Part shown: one piece after another, positions 1 to 17,824 of the stretch
Position numbering within the stretch: position 1 is the stretch's first letter
Layout: every line of letters begins with the position of its first letter
Source of the DNA: an uncultured Candidatus Saccharibacteria bacterium
GTDB taxonomy: Bacteria > Patescibacteriota > Saccharimonadia > Saccharimonadales > CAIOMD01
NCBI GenBank assembly: GCA_963716565.1
Contig: OY970318.1
Coordinates: 830 to 64,829, forward strand
Length of the DNA: 64,000 bases
Direction of reading: 5' to 3'
The notes under the pieces: model-generated
The model's database searches: none
What the model was told of the DNA's origin: nothing
What the model saw: only the letters and a program-made list of their open reading frames with translations
Program-made: the position numbers and the translations under genes

Positions 1-3000
1 AATGGTAGCTATTTCTACTCCAACCTCACCATCAACAAATCTGGCGGCGTAGCTTCTTTAGCGGCCAACTATTCGGTTAGCACGGCCAACCAAAGGGTCA
101 CCATTACGGCTGGCACTCTAGCAACAGCCGGCTATACTTTGGCTTTATCTGGTGCTGGCTCTGTATTTTCTAACGACGGCACTCTAAGGGTGCAGGGCGG
201 GGAAACTTTAACCTTCACCAAAGACACTAACTCTGGAACGGTAGAATATGTTGGTACTGGAGCCACCAACTACGCCTCCCTCAACTACGGCAACACCTAC
301 TATGGTCTTACCATTAACTCTACTTCTGGCACTAACTCCTTTACGGCTGCGGCCGCCACGGCTGTAGGTAATGACTTTACTCTAACGTCTGGTACTTTTG
401 TAGCTCCTTCGGCCGCTAACCTAACCGTTTCTAGAAACTTTACTCACTTTGGTGGCAACTTTACTCATAACTCTGGCACGGTAGTTCTAAATACTACCAC
501 CATGGCCGAAGTCACTGGTTCAACTACCTTCAATAACCTAACTTGCTCTACGGGTGGTAAAACTCTTAACTTTGGAGCGGGGGATACTCAAACAGTTGTA
601 GGTACTACTACCCTCAATGGTTCAGCTGGTAATCTACTGACTCTTAACAGCAACGCTAGTCCTACTCAATGGCGGATTGATCCCCAGGGTACCAGAAGTG
701 TTTCTTATGTTGATGTTAAAGATTCCAATAACATCGCTGTGGCTTCCATTGGCCCAAGTAATTCCACTAACAGCTACAACAATACTAATTGGTTCAGCTA
801 CAGCGTTACAGCTTCGGCTGGTGCTAATGGCAGCATTGACCCTACTGGTGTTAGCAATTACGACAGCGGCTCTAGCCCCACTTATGACATCACTCCCGAT
901 CCTGGCTACCACATAGCCGATGTATTAGTAGATTCCGTTTCGGTGGGTACGCCTACTAGCTATACCTTTACTAACATCACCGCTAACCACACCATCTCTG
1001 TTACCTTTACCATAGATACTTACACCATCACCGCCTCCGCCGGCAGCAACGGTGCTATTGACCCAGTGGGCACCGATACTTACAACCTCGGCGACAATGC
1101 CACCTACGACATTACCCCCAACGCCAACTACCACATTGCCGACGTCCTAGTAGATAGCGTATCCGTCGGTACTCCCACCAGCTACACCTTTACCAACATC
1201 GTAACTAACCACACCATTAGCGTTAGCTTCGCCATCGACACCAAAACTATAACCGCCTCCTCCGGCGCCAATGGCAGTATTGATCCGACTGGCACAGTAA
1301 CCGTTAACTACGGCAGCGACCAAACCTTCACTATTACAGCTGACCCCGGTTACCAAGTTGACGATGTGCTAGTTGACTCCGTCAGCGTCGGCGCTCTAAC
1401 CGAATACACTTTCACTAATGTCACTACTAACCACACCATTAGTGCTAGCTTCACTATTAACACTTACACCATCACCGCCTCCGCCGGCAGCAACGGTGCT
1501 ATTGACCCAGTGGGCACCGATACTTACAACCTCGGCGACAATGCCACCTACGACATTACCCCCAACGCCAACTACCACATTGCCGACGTCCTAGTAGATA
1601 GCGTATCCGTCGGTACTCCCACCAGCTACACCTTTACCAACATCGTAACTAACCACACCATTAGCGTTAGCTTCGCCATCGACACCAAAACTATAACCGC
1701 CTCCTCCGGCGCCAATGGCAGTATTGATCCGACTGGCACAGTAACCGTTAACTACGGCAGCGACCAAACCTTCACTATTACAGCTGACCCCGGTTACCAA
1801 GTTGACGATGTGCTAGTTGACTCCGTCAGCGTCGGCGCTCTAACCGAATACACTTTCACTAATGTCACTACTAACCACACCATTAGTGCTAGCTTCACTA
1901 TTAACACTTACACCATCACCGCCTCCGCCGGCAGCAACGGTGCTATTGACCCAGTGGGCACCGATACTTACAACCTCGGCGACAATGCCACCTACGACAT
2001 TACCCCCAACGCCAACTACCACATTGCCGACGTCCTAGTAGATAGCGTATCCGTCGGTACTCCCACCAGCTACACCTTTACCAACATCGTAACTAACCAC
2101 ACCATTAGCGTTAGCTTCGCCATCGACACCAAAACTATAACCGCCTCCTCCGGCGCCAATGGCAGTATTGATCCGACTGGCACAGTAACCGTTAACTACG
2201 GCAGCGACCAAACCTTCACTATTACAGCTGACCCCGGTTACCAAGTTGACGATGTGCTAGTCGACTCCGTCAGTGTCGGCGCTCTAACCGAATACACTTT
2301 CACTAATGTCACTACTAACCACACCATTAGTGCTAGCTTCACTATTAACACTTACACCATCACCGCCTCCGCCGGCAGCAACGGTGCTATTGACCCAGTG
2401 GGCACCGATACTTACAACCTCGGCGACAATGCCACCTACGACATTACCCCCAACGCCAACTACCACATTGCCGACGTCCTAGTAGATAGCGTATCCGTCG
2501 GTACTCCCACCAGCTACACCTTTACCAACATCGTAACTAACCACACCATTAGCGTTAGCTTCGCCATCGACACCAAAACTATAACCGCCTCCTCCGGCGC
2601 CAATGGCAGTATTGATCCGACTGGCACAGTAACCGTTAACTACGGCAGCGACCAAACCTTCACTATTACAGCTGACCCCGGTTACCAAGTTGACGATGTG
2701 CTAGTTGACTCCGTCAGCGTCGGCGCTCTAACCGAATACACTTTCACTAATGTCACTACTAACCACACCATTAGTGCTAGCTTCACTATTAACACTTACA
2801 CCATCACCGCCTCCGCCGGCAGCAACGGTGCTATTGACCCAGTGGGCACCGATACTTACAACCTCGGCGACAATGCCACCTACGACATTACCCCCAACGC
2901 CAACTACCACATTGCCGACGTCCTAGTAGATAGCGTATCCGTCGGTACTCCCACCAGCTACACCTTTACCAACATCGTAACTAACCACACCATTAGCGTT

Positions 3001-3636
3001 AGCTTCGCCATCGACACCAAAACTATAACCGCCTCCTCCGGCGCCAATGGCAGTATTGATCCGACTGGCACAGTAACCGTTAACTACGGCAGCGACCAAA
3101 CCTTCACTATTACAGCTGACCCCGGTTACCAAGTTGACGATGTGCTAGTCGACTCCGTCAGCGTCGGCGCTCTAACCGAATACACTTTCACTAATGTCAC
3201 TACTAACCATACGATTAGCGCTAGCTTCACGATCATTCCCGTTGTTACCCCAACACCTACGCCAACTCCCGCCTCCACGCCTACACCCACTCCGGCTTCA
3301 ATCTTTGTATCTGGGCAAATGCCTGCCTCTACGCCGACCCCAACCCCAACTCCCGAAGAAATGGCCTCTACAGAAAACCAAGCAGAAACCAACAAAGAGG
3401 CTGCCCAGTCTGGAAGCTCCAACAAATCATTAGCCATCTTTATTGCTTGCTTGGGTGGCTTTGCATTATCCTTATCGGTTTTCGGATTTTGGTATCATGC
3501 TCGACGAAGATACGATGATGCCACTAACCAGGCGTATCACCAAGTAGCAGGGAGCGAAGTTAAAGCCCAGACAATTGCACCCAATAGCCAAACGGCTTCG
3601 CAATACGATCAACCCCCTAATCGCAATATCTTTTAG
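1..3636 (+). CDS. Repeat-rich cell-surface protein, 5' end cut by the window edge (beta-helix-like region, Ig-like 'InlB B-repeat'-type modules, Pro/Thr linker, C-terminal membrane anchor)
   Basis: Frame 1 is open from base 1 (NGSYFYSNLTINKSGGVASLAANYSVSTANQRVTITAGTLATAGYTLALSGAG...). This matches the interior of the next gene, so the TTG at 139 in the ORF track is not the true start. The protein has about 74-aa modules of the form Y.ITAS.G.NG.I.P.G....Y.ITP..GY.I.DVLVDS.SVG....YTFTN(I/V)T.NHTIS.SF. A PT-rich linker lies at about 3235-3360. A hydrophobic segment LAIFIACLGGFALSLSVFGFWY followed by HARRR forms the anchor. Confidence 0.85.
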   Translation, partial: NGSYFYSNLTINKSGGVASLAANYSVSTANQRVTITAGTLATAGYTLALSGAGSVFSNDGTLRVQGGETLTFTKDTNSGTVEYVGTGATNYASLNYGNTYYGLTINSTSGTNSFTAAAATAVGNDFTLTSGTFVAPSAANLTVSRNFTHFGGNFTHNSGTVVLNTTTMAEVTGSTTFNNLTCSTGGKTLNFGAGDTQTVVGTTTLNGSAGNLLTLNSNASPTQWRIDPQGTRSVSYVDVKDSNNIAVASIGPSNSTNSYNNTNWFSYSVTASAGANGSIDPTGVSNYDSGSSPTYDITPDPGYHIADVLVDSVSVGTPTSYTFTNITANHTISVTFTIDTYTITASAGSNGAIDPVGTDTYNLGDNATYDITPNANYHIADVLVDSVSVGTPTSYTFTNIVTNHTISVSFAIDTKTITASSGANGSIDPTGTVTVNYGSDQTFTITADPGYQVDDVLVDSVSVGALTEYTFTNVTTNHTISASFTINTYTITASAGSNGAIDPVGTDTYNLGDNATYDITPNANYHIADVLVDSVSVGTPTSYTFTNIVTNHTISVSFAIDTKTITASSGANGSIDPTGTVTVNYGSDQTFTITADPGYQVDDVLVDSVSVGALTEYTFTNVTTNHTISASFTINTYTITASAGSNGAIDPVGTDTYNLGDNATYDITPNANYHIADVLVDSVSVGTPTSYTFTNIVTNHTISVSFAIDTKTITASSGANGSIDPTGTVTVNYGSDQTFTITADPGYQVDDVLVDSVSVGALTEYTFTNVTTNHTISASFTINTYTITASAGSNGAIDPVGTDTYNLGDNATYDITPNANYHIADVLVDSVSVGTPTSYTFTNIVTNHTISVSFAIDTKTITASSGANGSIDPTGTVTVNYGSDQTFTITADPGYQVDDVLVDSVSVGALTEYTFTNVTTNHTISASFTINTYTITASAGSNGAIDPVGTDTYNLGDNATYDITPNANYHIADVLVDSVSVGTPTSYTFTNIVTNHTISVSFAIDTKTITASSGANGSIDPTGTVTVNYGSDQTFTITADPGYQVDDVLVDSVSVGALTEYTFTNVTTNHTISASFTIIPVVTPTPTPTPASTPTPTPASIFVSGQMPASTPTPTPTPEEMASTENQAETNKEAAQSGSSNKSLAIFIACLGGFALSLSVFGFWYHARRRYDDATNQAYHQVAGSEVKAQTIAPNSQTASQYDQPPNRNIF
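1018..3237 (+). repeat. Five near-perfect tandem copies of a 444-bp unit (148 aa, two B-repeat-like modules each)
   Basis: The string acttacaccatcaccgcctccgccggcagc recurs at 1018, 1462, 1906, 2350 and 2794, a period of 444. The antisense ORFs in the track repeat with the same period and identical sequence. Only a few substitutions are visible (for example gttgac/gtcgac near 2260 and 3148). Confidence 0.95.
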
Positions 3637-3810
3637 GCAAGCCAAAGACAAAACAATGGCTTATATATCTAGCTTAAGAAACGAGATATTTGGTAATTTA
3701 TAAAGAAACTCTAAAAACATCCAAAAAACTCCTTTAAGCCTAAGCATTAGCAGAGTATAATTTAAGCTAGCTGCGGGTAAAAAAATAACAAAAAGTGTAA
3801 AGGGCTCTGT

Positions 3811-11391
<7,581 letters not shown>

Positions 11392-11488
11392 GTGGTGTCG
11401 TTGCCGAAGTAAGGCCATGGATACAGCCGTCGACTAAAAGATAGCCTCAGCCTCTAGTCTTTAATCTTAAGCATTGTTATAATTTACA

Positions 11489-14400
11489 TTGATGGGAAAA
11501 GAAAAAATAACCCCGTCGTTATTAGGGTGTTCCAATAAAAATATGCAAAAACCCAATAGGGGTTTGTGTTTGAGGCGCCCTAACCCTGTAAAACGAATTC
11601 ACTTAAAACTTCTAAAGAATGTAAGCTATAACGTCTGGTTCAATAAATTTAGGAATCACAAAAAGACTCATTATGCTTATGGGGCTTTTGTTGTAGTTAT
11701 TTTAGCCTCAATTTTGATTACTAACTTAATGCCGAACAAGGCTGTAGCTACGGCCACCATGACCTGGACGAATAACGGCGACTTTAGTATGAACAAAGTC
11801 GGTGCTTGTGAAGCTACTACTTTAAACGGTGTAACGGTTACTGGTACAGCTTATACAGACGAAACGTGTGCCACGACTGGAATAGATTCAAGTACGACTT
11901 TAGCGGCAGGGCCGGCGTTTCTCAATAATGTTATTTCTTTGGCGGGAGGCGGTAGTCACGGTGTTGCCGCTAGGGCGGACGGAACAGTTTGGAATTGGGG
12001 TGGTAACGGTCGTGGCCAACTAGGAAACAATACATACATCTCTAGTATGTTCCCTGTTCAAGTTATGAATCCTGCCGGTAACGGTTATCTGACAGACATA
12101 GTCGCTGTCACTGCTGGCGCCGGACACACCCTAGCCCTTAAGAGCGATGGTACGGTTTGGGGGTGGGGGTATAGTGCTCATTATGAGTTAGGAGGGTACA
12201 CTACAGACAGATTATTGCCTGTCCAGGTGAATGGCCTGTCGGATATCATTGCGATATCTGGGGGTACTTGGCACTCTTTAGCCCTTAAGAGCGATGGTAC
12301 GGTTTGGGCTTGGGGGTATGGTGCTTATGGCCAACTAGGTATTAACTGGACCGGGAATACCGGAACACCTGTGCAGGTGAAAGATACGCCCGGAACTGGT
12401 TACCTAACTGGGATTACTGCAATTAGCGCTGGCGATAACCATTCTATAGCACTAGCGGGTGATGGCGCTGTCTGGGCATGGGGAAGAAATGATGATGGCA
12501 GGATAGGCGATGGAACTTCGGGCGTCGATAGAAGATTGCCTGTGCAGGTAAAAGATAGTGTCGGGTCTGGTTATCTAACAAATATAATTTCAGTAGCAGC
12601 GGGCGGAGGTCATAGTCTTGCCGCTGGCTCAGACGGTTATGTTTGGGCTTGGGGCGGGAATGTTGCGGGCCAGGTTGGTGATGGCACAATGACTTCCCCC
12701 AGAACCCTACCAATCAAAGTAAAAGACACTTCTGGTACAGGTTATTTGTCTAGTGTTATTAAGGTTACAGCGGGGTCATCTCACTCTATGGCCTTGAAGA
12801 ACGATGGCGGTGTTTGGGCGTGGGGATACAACAATTATAGTCAAATAGGCGATGGTTCACCTACGGACCACTCCACTCCGGTTCGCGTAAAAGATGCAGC
12901 CGGTACCGGATATTTAACCAATATATCTGCCATTTCTGGAGCCTATAATAATCCATTTGCCTTAGATAATGATGGCACGGTTTGGGCGTGGGGAGGGAAT
13001 AATGTTGGACAGGGTGGTTTTAGTTCGGTGTCTAGGTCTGCATCTAACACTACAACTCTGGATAAACCGAATCACATTCTGGCAATGGTGGATGCGACAA
13101 AGCTAGCAGATGTTACAAAAATAACCTCTAATTTGGCCTTAAAAAATGACGGCACAATCTGGGGTTGGGGAAATAATAGCAGTGGCGAGCTGGGAGATGG
13201 TACGGCTGTTAATCAGTCTGTGGCTGTACCTGTGGACGGCGGATATTTTAGTAATGTGGCGAGCATTGCATCTACAGCGCATTCAGTGGCCTTAAAAAAT
13301 GACGGAACAGTTTGGTCTTGGGGTTATGGTTATTATGGATCGCTAGGTATAAATTCCAATGTCAATAAATATAGTCCAGTTCAGGTGAGAGATGCTAGTG
13401 GAGCTAATTATTTAACTGATGTGATTGCCATTGCCGCCAACGGTTATTTCTCTTTGGCTCTAAAAAACGACGGCAGTGTTTGGGCGTGGGGCCAAAATAG
13501 TAGTGGCCAGCTAGGAGATGGAACTACTAGTCAAAGAAACCTACCAGTGCAAGTAAAGGATCCAGCTGGTACGGGGTATTTAACAGGCATTGTAGCGATC
13601 AGTGCTGGTAGTTCGCACTCTTTTGCTGTAAAAAATGACGGCACAATCTGGGGCTGGGGATACAATGCTTCCGGATGTCTCGGAGATAATACTACAACCC
13701 AGCGAACTTTACCCGTGCAGGTAAAAGATGCAGCTGGCACAGGCTACCTGTCTAATGTTGTCAAGATTATAGCCGGTGGAGGTACTTCCATGGCTATCTT
13801 GAACGATGGTACTGCTTGGGCTTGGGGGGTTAACAGTAATGGCCAAATTGGAGACGGTACTACTTCACAAAGAAATTTACCCGTACAGATTAAGGATACT
13901 GCCGGTACCGGCTACTTAGTTAATGTAGTATCTGTGTCTTCCGGTAGTAATTTTTCGATAGCGTCAACATCAGATGGTAGAGTTTGGGCTTGGGGTTATG
14001 GCTATTACGGTCAACTGGGAGGAAGCAGTGGATCAAGTCTGCCGCAACCCGTTTTAGATCCATCCGGTTCTGGGTATTTGTCTGGTGTTGCGGCAGTGTC
14101 TGCAGGTTCCAATCGCTCAGTGGCGCTTAAATCTGATGGCACCGTAATGTCTTGGGGCTACAATCTTGGTGGTCAGGTGGGGAATGGAACGCAAATTCCT
14201 ACCTATGTACCGGATAATGTATATTCAAATATTGACCTCAACGCCGGCTACGTTGGCACTGGCACAGCCTCCAACTTCATTGCCGACATGGGCTCTAACC
14301 GTAAAACCAAGTGGTACGACCTAGATTGGAACACTAGTGCTTTGCCAGCTAATACTAGCTTGAAGTTCAATGTTCGTAGCAGTGATGATAAAGTGAGTTG

Positions 14401-17056
14401 GTCAGACTGGAGCAGTGACTTCACTCAAAACACACCTGGTTCCACAACTGGCAATGCCGACATCTCGGCCCTTCCATTCAGTCGCTACCTGGAAGTCAAA
14501 GCTACCCTTACCTCTACCGACTTAGTTAATACCCCAACTTTGCAAGATTTCACCATCACCCACATGAACGATCAGAATGCCCCAACTTGGGACTACCCAG
14601 TTGCCATTCCGGTTTACACCGACGACACTAAAGCTACAGCCCTTACTTCCAGCTCTTGGCAAGCCAACAACAATCTAACTAGTATCTATGCTGATTGGTC
14701 TGGAGCCACCGAACCAGAAGAAGAATCAGGCATTGCCCACTACTACGTCTACCTTGGTACCGACAACACCGCTAATCCCATCACCGCTGGTGTAGATATG
14801 GATACCGCCACCGAAGGTTACATCGATTTACCAAACAATCCCACGGACGGCACTTACTACCTGCGCGTTACCGTATCTGACCTAGCTGGCAATAACCTCA
14901 ACATGCCATCCGGTAGTGATTTGTTCAAATATCTTTATGATGGCACTAAACCTAATAACCCATCTTATATTTCGGTCTCGCCAGTGGGCTGGAGCATAGC
15001 CAACAGTTTTGACTTTAGCTGGCCCGAAGCCCTAGACCCTGGCAGCGGTTCGTCTAATATCGATTACTATCAATATCGCAAAGCTGGTGGGGGCGACACT
15101 TGGCATGACACTGTCGACAGATCGATTATCGGGATCACTTCTTACCAAGATGGTCGTAACGAATTCTTCGTTCGAGCTATCGACAACGCTGGTAATATTG
15201 CCGACAACCAAACCAGCGTTTATTACTACTACAACGGTTCGGCTCCAAGCGCTCCTGCTGGTTTGGACGTGGTACCACCCAACGCTACAACTAACAGCTT
15301 TACCTTCACCTGGTCAGAACCAGCTGTCCACAATGCCGACATTCGTGGCTATTACTACTCCATTGGCCCCGAGCCGACTATTAACAATTCGGTCTTTACT
15401 ACTAACACTACTACCGGCGCTATTCCGGCTGCCACCCAGCAGGGCTTTAATACCTTTTACGTAGTAGCAGTTGACGCTGATGACCAAATTAACTGGGGCA
15501 GTTATGCCGAAATCCAATTTGAATGTAACACTACCGCCCCAGGTATACCAGGCGGAGTGGTAATTAGTGATAGTAGCAACCGAGCTGATGAAAACTGGGC
15601 ACTCACTACGGCATGGAGCGCCTCAGCCGGAACAGTCCACCATTATAATATCTACCGTTCTACTGATGGCATTAACTTCTCGGCCATCGGCCAAACGGGC
15701 AGTACAGGCTTTTTTGACTCCGGCCTATCCAATACATCCACTTATCATTACAAAATTACCGCCGTAGATAACGCTGGTGCCGAATCAGCCTTTTCGTCGA
15801 CCGTCTCTAAGCAACCAACTGGCAAGTTCACCGAACCGCCGTTAATTGTTACTGGTCCTGATGTCGACATTAAAGCCACTCGTGCCACCATAACTTGGAG
15901 TACCGACAGAGCTTCATCCAGCTTTGCGGCTTACTCTAAAGATAACTCTTACGCTGAATCTAAGGGCCAGGTGGACTCGGTTACTTCGCATAGCGTAGAA
16001 CTATCTGGCTTAGAAGCTGGTACTACCTACAACTTCAAGGTCCAATCTTTAGACGAAAACCGCGACTACCCAATCGAAGATGCTTATTCTGGTGAATTCA
16101 ATTTTACCACTCAATCGGCCCCTGGTATCGCCGAAGTTAATGTTTCGGATATTCGGTTAACTTCAGCCACCGTTACCTGGAAGACTACCACAGTAGCCAC
16201 CTCTACAATTGTTTATGGTAAGACTGCCAACTATGGTCAAACTATCACTGACCAATCCGGCTCGGCTGTTACCACTCACACAGTTAAGCTAGAGGGTCTA
16301 GACCATACCACTCCATATTTCTTTAAGATTTATGGTACGGACAGTGATGGCAACCAGCTAGTCTCCGACAACTACGCCTTCAGTACTCTAACCTATCCCC
16401 GAGCTTATGATGTGCGTTTTGAGCAGCAAAAGAACACGGCTACATCCACTCTAAAGGTTACCTGGACGACTAATGTGCCCACGAGCTCCATTGTTACTTA
16501 CAACCAAGAAGGTGAAAGCTCAAAAGAAGTATCCAAATCTACCCTAGAAACTACTCACTCTATGTTAGTGCCCAATCTTCAAGACAACGTGCTGTACTAC
16601 ATGAGCGTTGGTGGCCGTGATGCCTATGGTAACGCCGCCTTGTCAGACAGTCAACGAGTTAAAACCGACTACGACACCCGTCCGCCAGCCGTCACCGACA
16701 TCGTCACCGAAAGCACTTCGTCTGGTTATGGCTTAGATACCAAGGCCCAAATAGTGGTATCTTGGATGACCGACGAACCAGCCACATCCCAAGTGGAATA
16801 TGCCGAAGGCGTAACAGGTGACAGCTACAATATGCGCTCCCCAGAAGATAGTGGCTTAAGCACTTCTCATGTTGTTGTATTAACCGATCTCAAACCATCT
16901 AGCTCCTACCACTTTCGAGTTATCTCTAAAGATACCTCTGCCAACCAAACTATCTCCGAACCAGACTCGGTTCTAACCGACATAGCTCGGGCTTCTATCA
17001 TCGACATCATTATTAAGTCCCTCCAAGATACTCTTGGCTGGCTGTTTGGAGGATAG
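11489..17056 (+). CDS. Giant (1855 aa) membrane-anchored RCC1-repeat (beta-propeller) / fibronectin-III-like surface protein
   Basis: There is an N-terminal TM segment (YAYGAFVVVILASILITNL). Many RCC1-type repeats follow (G..H..AL..DGTVW.WG.N..GQLGDGT...R..PVQV), spanning about 11900-14200. The C-terminal part has repeated ~95-aa FN3/purple-acid-phosphatase-N-like modules (I.W.T....S.V.YG........T.H.V.L.GL...T.Y.F.V.S.D..GN). The start is ambiguous (TTG 11489, ATG 11492 or ATG 11543). Confidence 0.8.
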   Translation: MMGKEKITPSLLGCSNKNMQKPNRGLCLRRPNPVKRIHLKLLKNVSYNVWFNKFRNHKKTHYAYGAFVVVILASILITNLMPNKAVATATMTWTNNGDFSMNKVGACEATTLNGVTVTGTAYTDETCATTGIDSSTTLAAGPAFLNNVISLAGGGSHGVAARADGTVWNWGGNGRGQLGNNTYISSMFPVQVMNPAGNGYLTDIVAVTAGAGHTLALKSDGTVWGWGYSAHYELGGYTTDRLLPVQVNGLSDIIAISGGTWHSLALKSDGTVWAWGYGAYGQLGINWTGNTGTPVQVKDTPGTGYLTGITAISAGDNHSIALAGDGAVWAWGRNDDGRIGDGTSGVDRRLPVQVKDSVGSGYLTNIISVAAGGGHSLAAGSDGYVWAWGGNVAGQVGDGTMTSPRTLPIKVKDTSGTGYLSSVIKVTAGSSHSMALKNDGGVWAWGYNNYSQIGDGSPTDHSTPVRVKDAAGTGYLTNISAISGAYNNPFALDNDGTVWAWGGNNVGQGGFSSVSRSASNTTTLDKPNHILAMVDATKLADVTKITSNLALKNDGTIWGWGNNSSGELGDGTAVNQSVAVPVDGGYFSNVASIASTAHSVALKNDGTVWSWGYGYYGSLGINSNVNKYSPVQVRDASGANYLTDVIAIAANGYFSLALKNDGSVWAWGQNSSGQLGDGTTSQRNLPVQVKDPAGTGYLTGIVAISAGSSHSFAVKNDGTIWGWGYNASGCLGDNTTTQRTLPVQVKDAAGTGYLSNVVKIIAGGGTSMAILNDGTAWAWGVNSNGQIGDGTTSQRNLPVQIKDTAGTGYLVNVVSVSSGSNFSIASTSDGRVWAWGYGYYGQLGGSSGSSLPQPVLDPSGSGYLSGVAAVSAGSNRSVALKSDGTVMSWGYNLGGQVGNGTQIPTYVPDNVYSNIDLNAGYVGTGTASNFIADMGSNRKTKWYDLDWNTSALPANTSLKFNVRSSDDKVSWSDWSSDFTQNTPGSTTGNADISALPFSRYLEVKATLTSTDLVNTPTLQDFTITHMNDQNAPTWDYPVAIPVYTDDTKATALTSSSWQANNNLTSIYADWSGATEPEEESGIAHYYVYLGTDNTANPITAGVDMDTATEGYIDLPNNPTDGTYYLRVTVSDLAGNNLNMPSGSDLFKYLYDGTKPNNPSYISVSPVGWSIANSFDFSWPEALDPGSGSSNIDYYQYRKAGGGDTWHDTVDRSIIGITSYQDGRNEFFVRAIDNAGNIADNQTSVYYYYNGSAPSAPAGLDVVPPNATTNSFTFTWSEPAVHNADIRGYYYSIGPEPTINNSVFTTNTTTGAIPAATQQGFNTFYVVAVDADDQINWGSYAEIQFECNTTAPGIPGGVVISDSSNRADENWALTTAWSASAGTVHHYNIYRSTDGINFSAIGQTGSTGFFDSGLSNTSTYHYKITAVDNAGAESAFSSTVSKQPTGKFTEPPLIVTGPDVDIKATRATITWSTDRASSSFAAYSKDNSYAESKGQVDSVTSHSVELSGLEAGTTYNFKVQSLDENRDYPIEDAYSGEFNFTTQSAPGIAEVNVSDIRLTSATVTWKTTTVATSTIVYGKTANYGQTITDQSGSAVTTHTVKLEGLDHTTPYFFKIYGTDSDGNQLVSDNYAFSTLTYPRAYDVRFEQQKNTATSTLKVTWTTNVPTSSIVTYNQEGESSKEVSKSTLETTHSMLVPNLQDNVLYYMSVGGRDAYGNAALSDSQRVKTDYDTRPPAVTDIVTESTSSGYGLDTKAQIVVSWMTDEPATSQVEYAEGVTGDSYNMRSPEDSGLSTSHVVVLTDLKPSSSYHFRVISKDTSANQTISEPDSVLTDIARASIIDIIIKSLQDTLGWLFGG

Positions 17057-17062
17057 GAGTTG

Positions 17063-17824
17063 ATGACTAATACGAAGGTAATAATTAGTATTCGAGACCT
17101 CCATAAGAGCTATAGGGTTGGCAAAAAAATGGTGCCGGTTTTGAATGGCATAGACTTAAATATTCACACCGGTGATTTTGTGATTATTTTAGGCCCGTCT
17201 GGCTGTGGTAAGAGTACTCTTTTAAACACTATTCTAGGATTAGAACCACCCACTGGTGGTGAAGTGCTTGTTAAGCATCGCAACATGTTTATTTTAGACG
17301 AAAACAAAAGAGCCGATTTTAGACATGTCAATTTTGGCATGATTTACCAACGGCCAAACTGGATAAAGTCGTTAAACGTAGCCGAAAACATTGCTTTACC
17401 GTTAGATATTGTTGGCCAATCCCACCACGATAATATCCGTTTGGCCGAACAGGCTTTAGAAAGATTTGATTTAAGTGACTTTCGTAAATACGATACGTCG
17501 GAATTATCCAGTGGCCAGCAGCAAAAAGTTGCTGCCTGCCGAGCACTAATTACTAGCCCGCCAATAATTTTGGCCGATGAACCAACTGGCAATCTCGATT
17601 CAGTATCGGCTGCTACATTGATGGATGACCTGATTAATTTAAATGATCAATATGGCCGCACGATTGTGATGGTAACCCATAACCCCGACTACGCAACTTA
17701 TGCATCTAAAACTGTGATGATGGAAAATGGCAAAGTCATTCGTGTTATCGCAAGAGATAAAAAACCCAAACTTCAACAAGAACTAACATCAAAAACAGAG
17801 GGCACTGGCGGGGGTGAATTATGA
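17063..17824 (+). CDS. ABC transporter ATP-binding protein (MacB/LolD/FtsE-like)
   Basis: Walker A is GPSGCGKST, the signature is [10 protein letters not shown] and Walker B is [11 protein letters not shown]. An AGGAG lies 6 nt upstream of ATG 17063. The stop overlaps the next start as ATGA. Confidence 0.9.
   Translation: MTNTKVIISIRDLHKSYRVGKKMVPVLNGIDLNIHTGDFVIILGPSGCGKSTLLNTILGLEPPTGGEVLVKHRNMFILDENKRADFRHVNFGMIYQRPNWIKSLNVAENIALPLDIVGQSHHDNIRLAEQALERFDLSDFRKYDTSELSSGQQQKVAACRALITSPPIILADEPTGNLDSVSAATLMDDLINLNDQYGRTIVMVTHNPDYATYASKTVMMENGKVIRVIARDKKPKLQQELTSKTEGTGGGEL

Noticed and set aside
1018-3237. The tandem repeat array considered as a possible CRISPR or other non-coding array.
   Set aside because: The 444-bp units are contiguous with no spacers, lie in frame inside a long ORF, and encode recognisable protein modules.
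634-3437. A series of 60-103 aa ORFs, mostly minus-strand and recurring every 444 bp, plus two plus-strand off-frame ORFs (677-916 and 3194-3433). Similar ORFs occur at 6366-6686, 7077-7397, 8503-9003, 9271-9525 and 9747-10043.
   Set aside because: They are antisense or off-frame shadows of the repeat-rich surface genes, with Gly/Val-rich translations of the ACC/GGT-rich coding strand. They simply inherit the repeat period.
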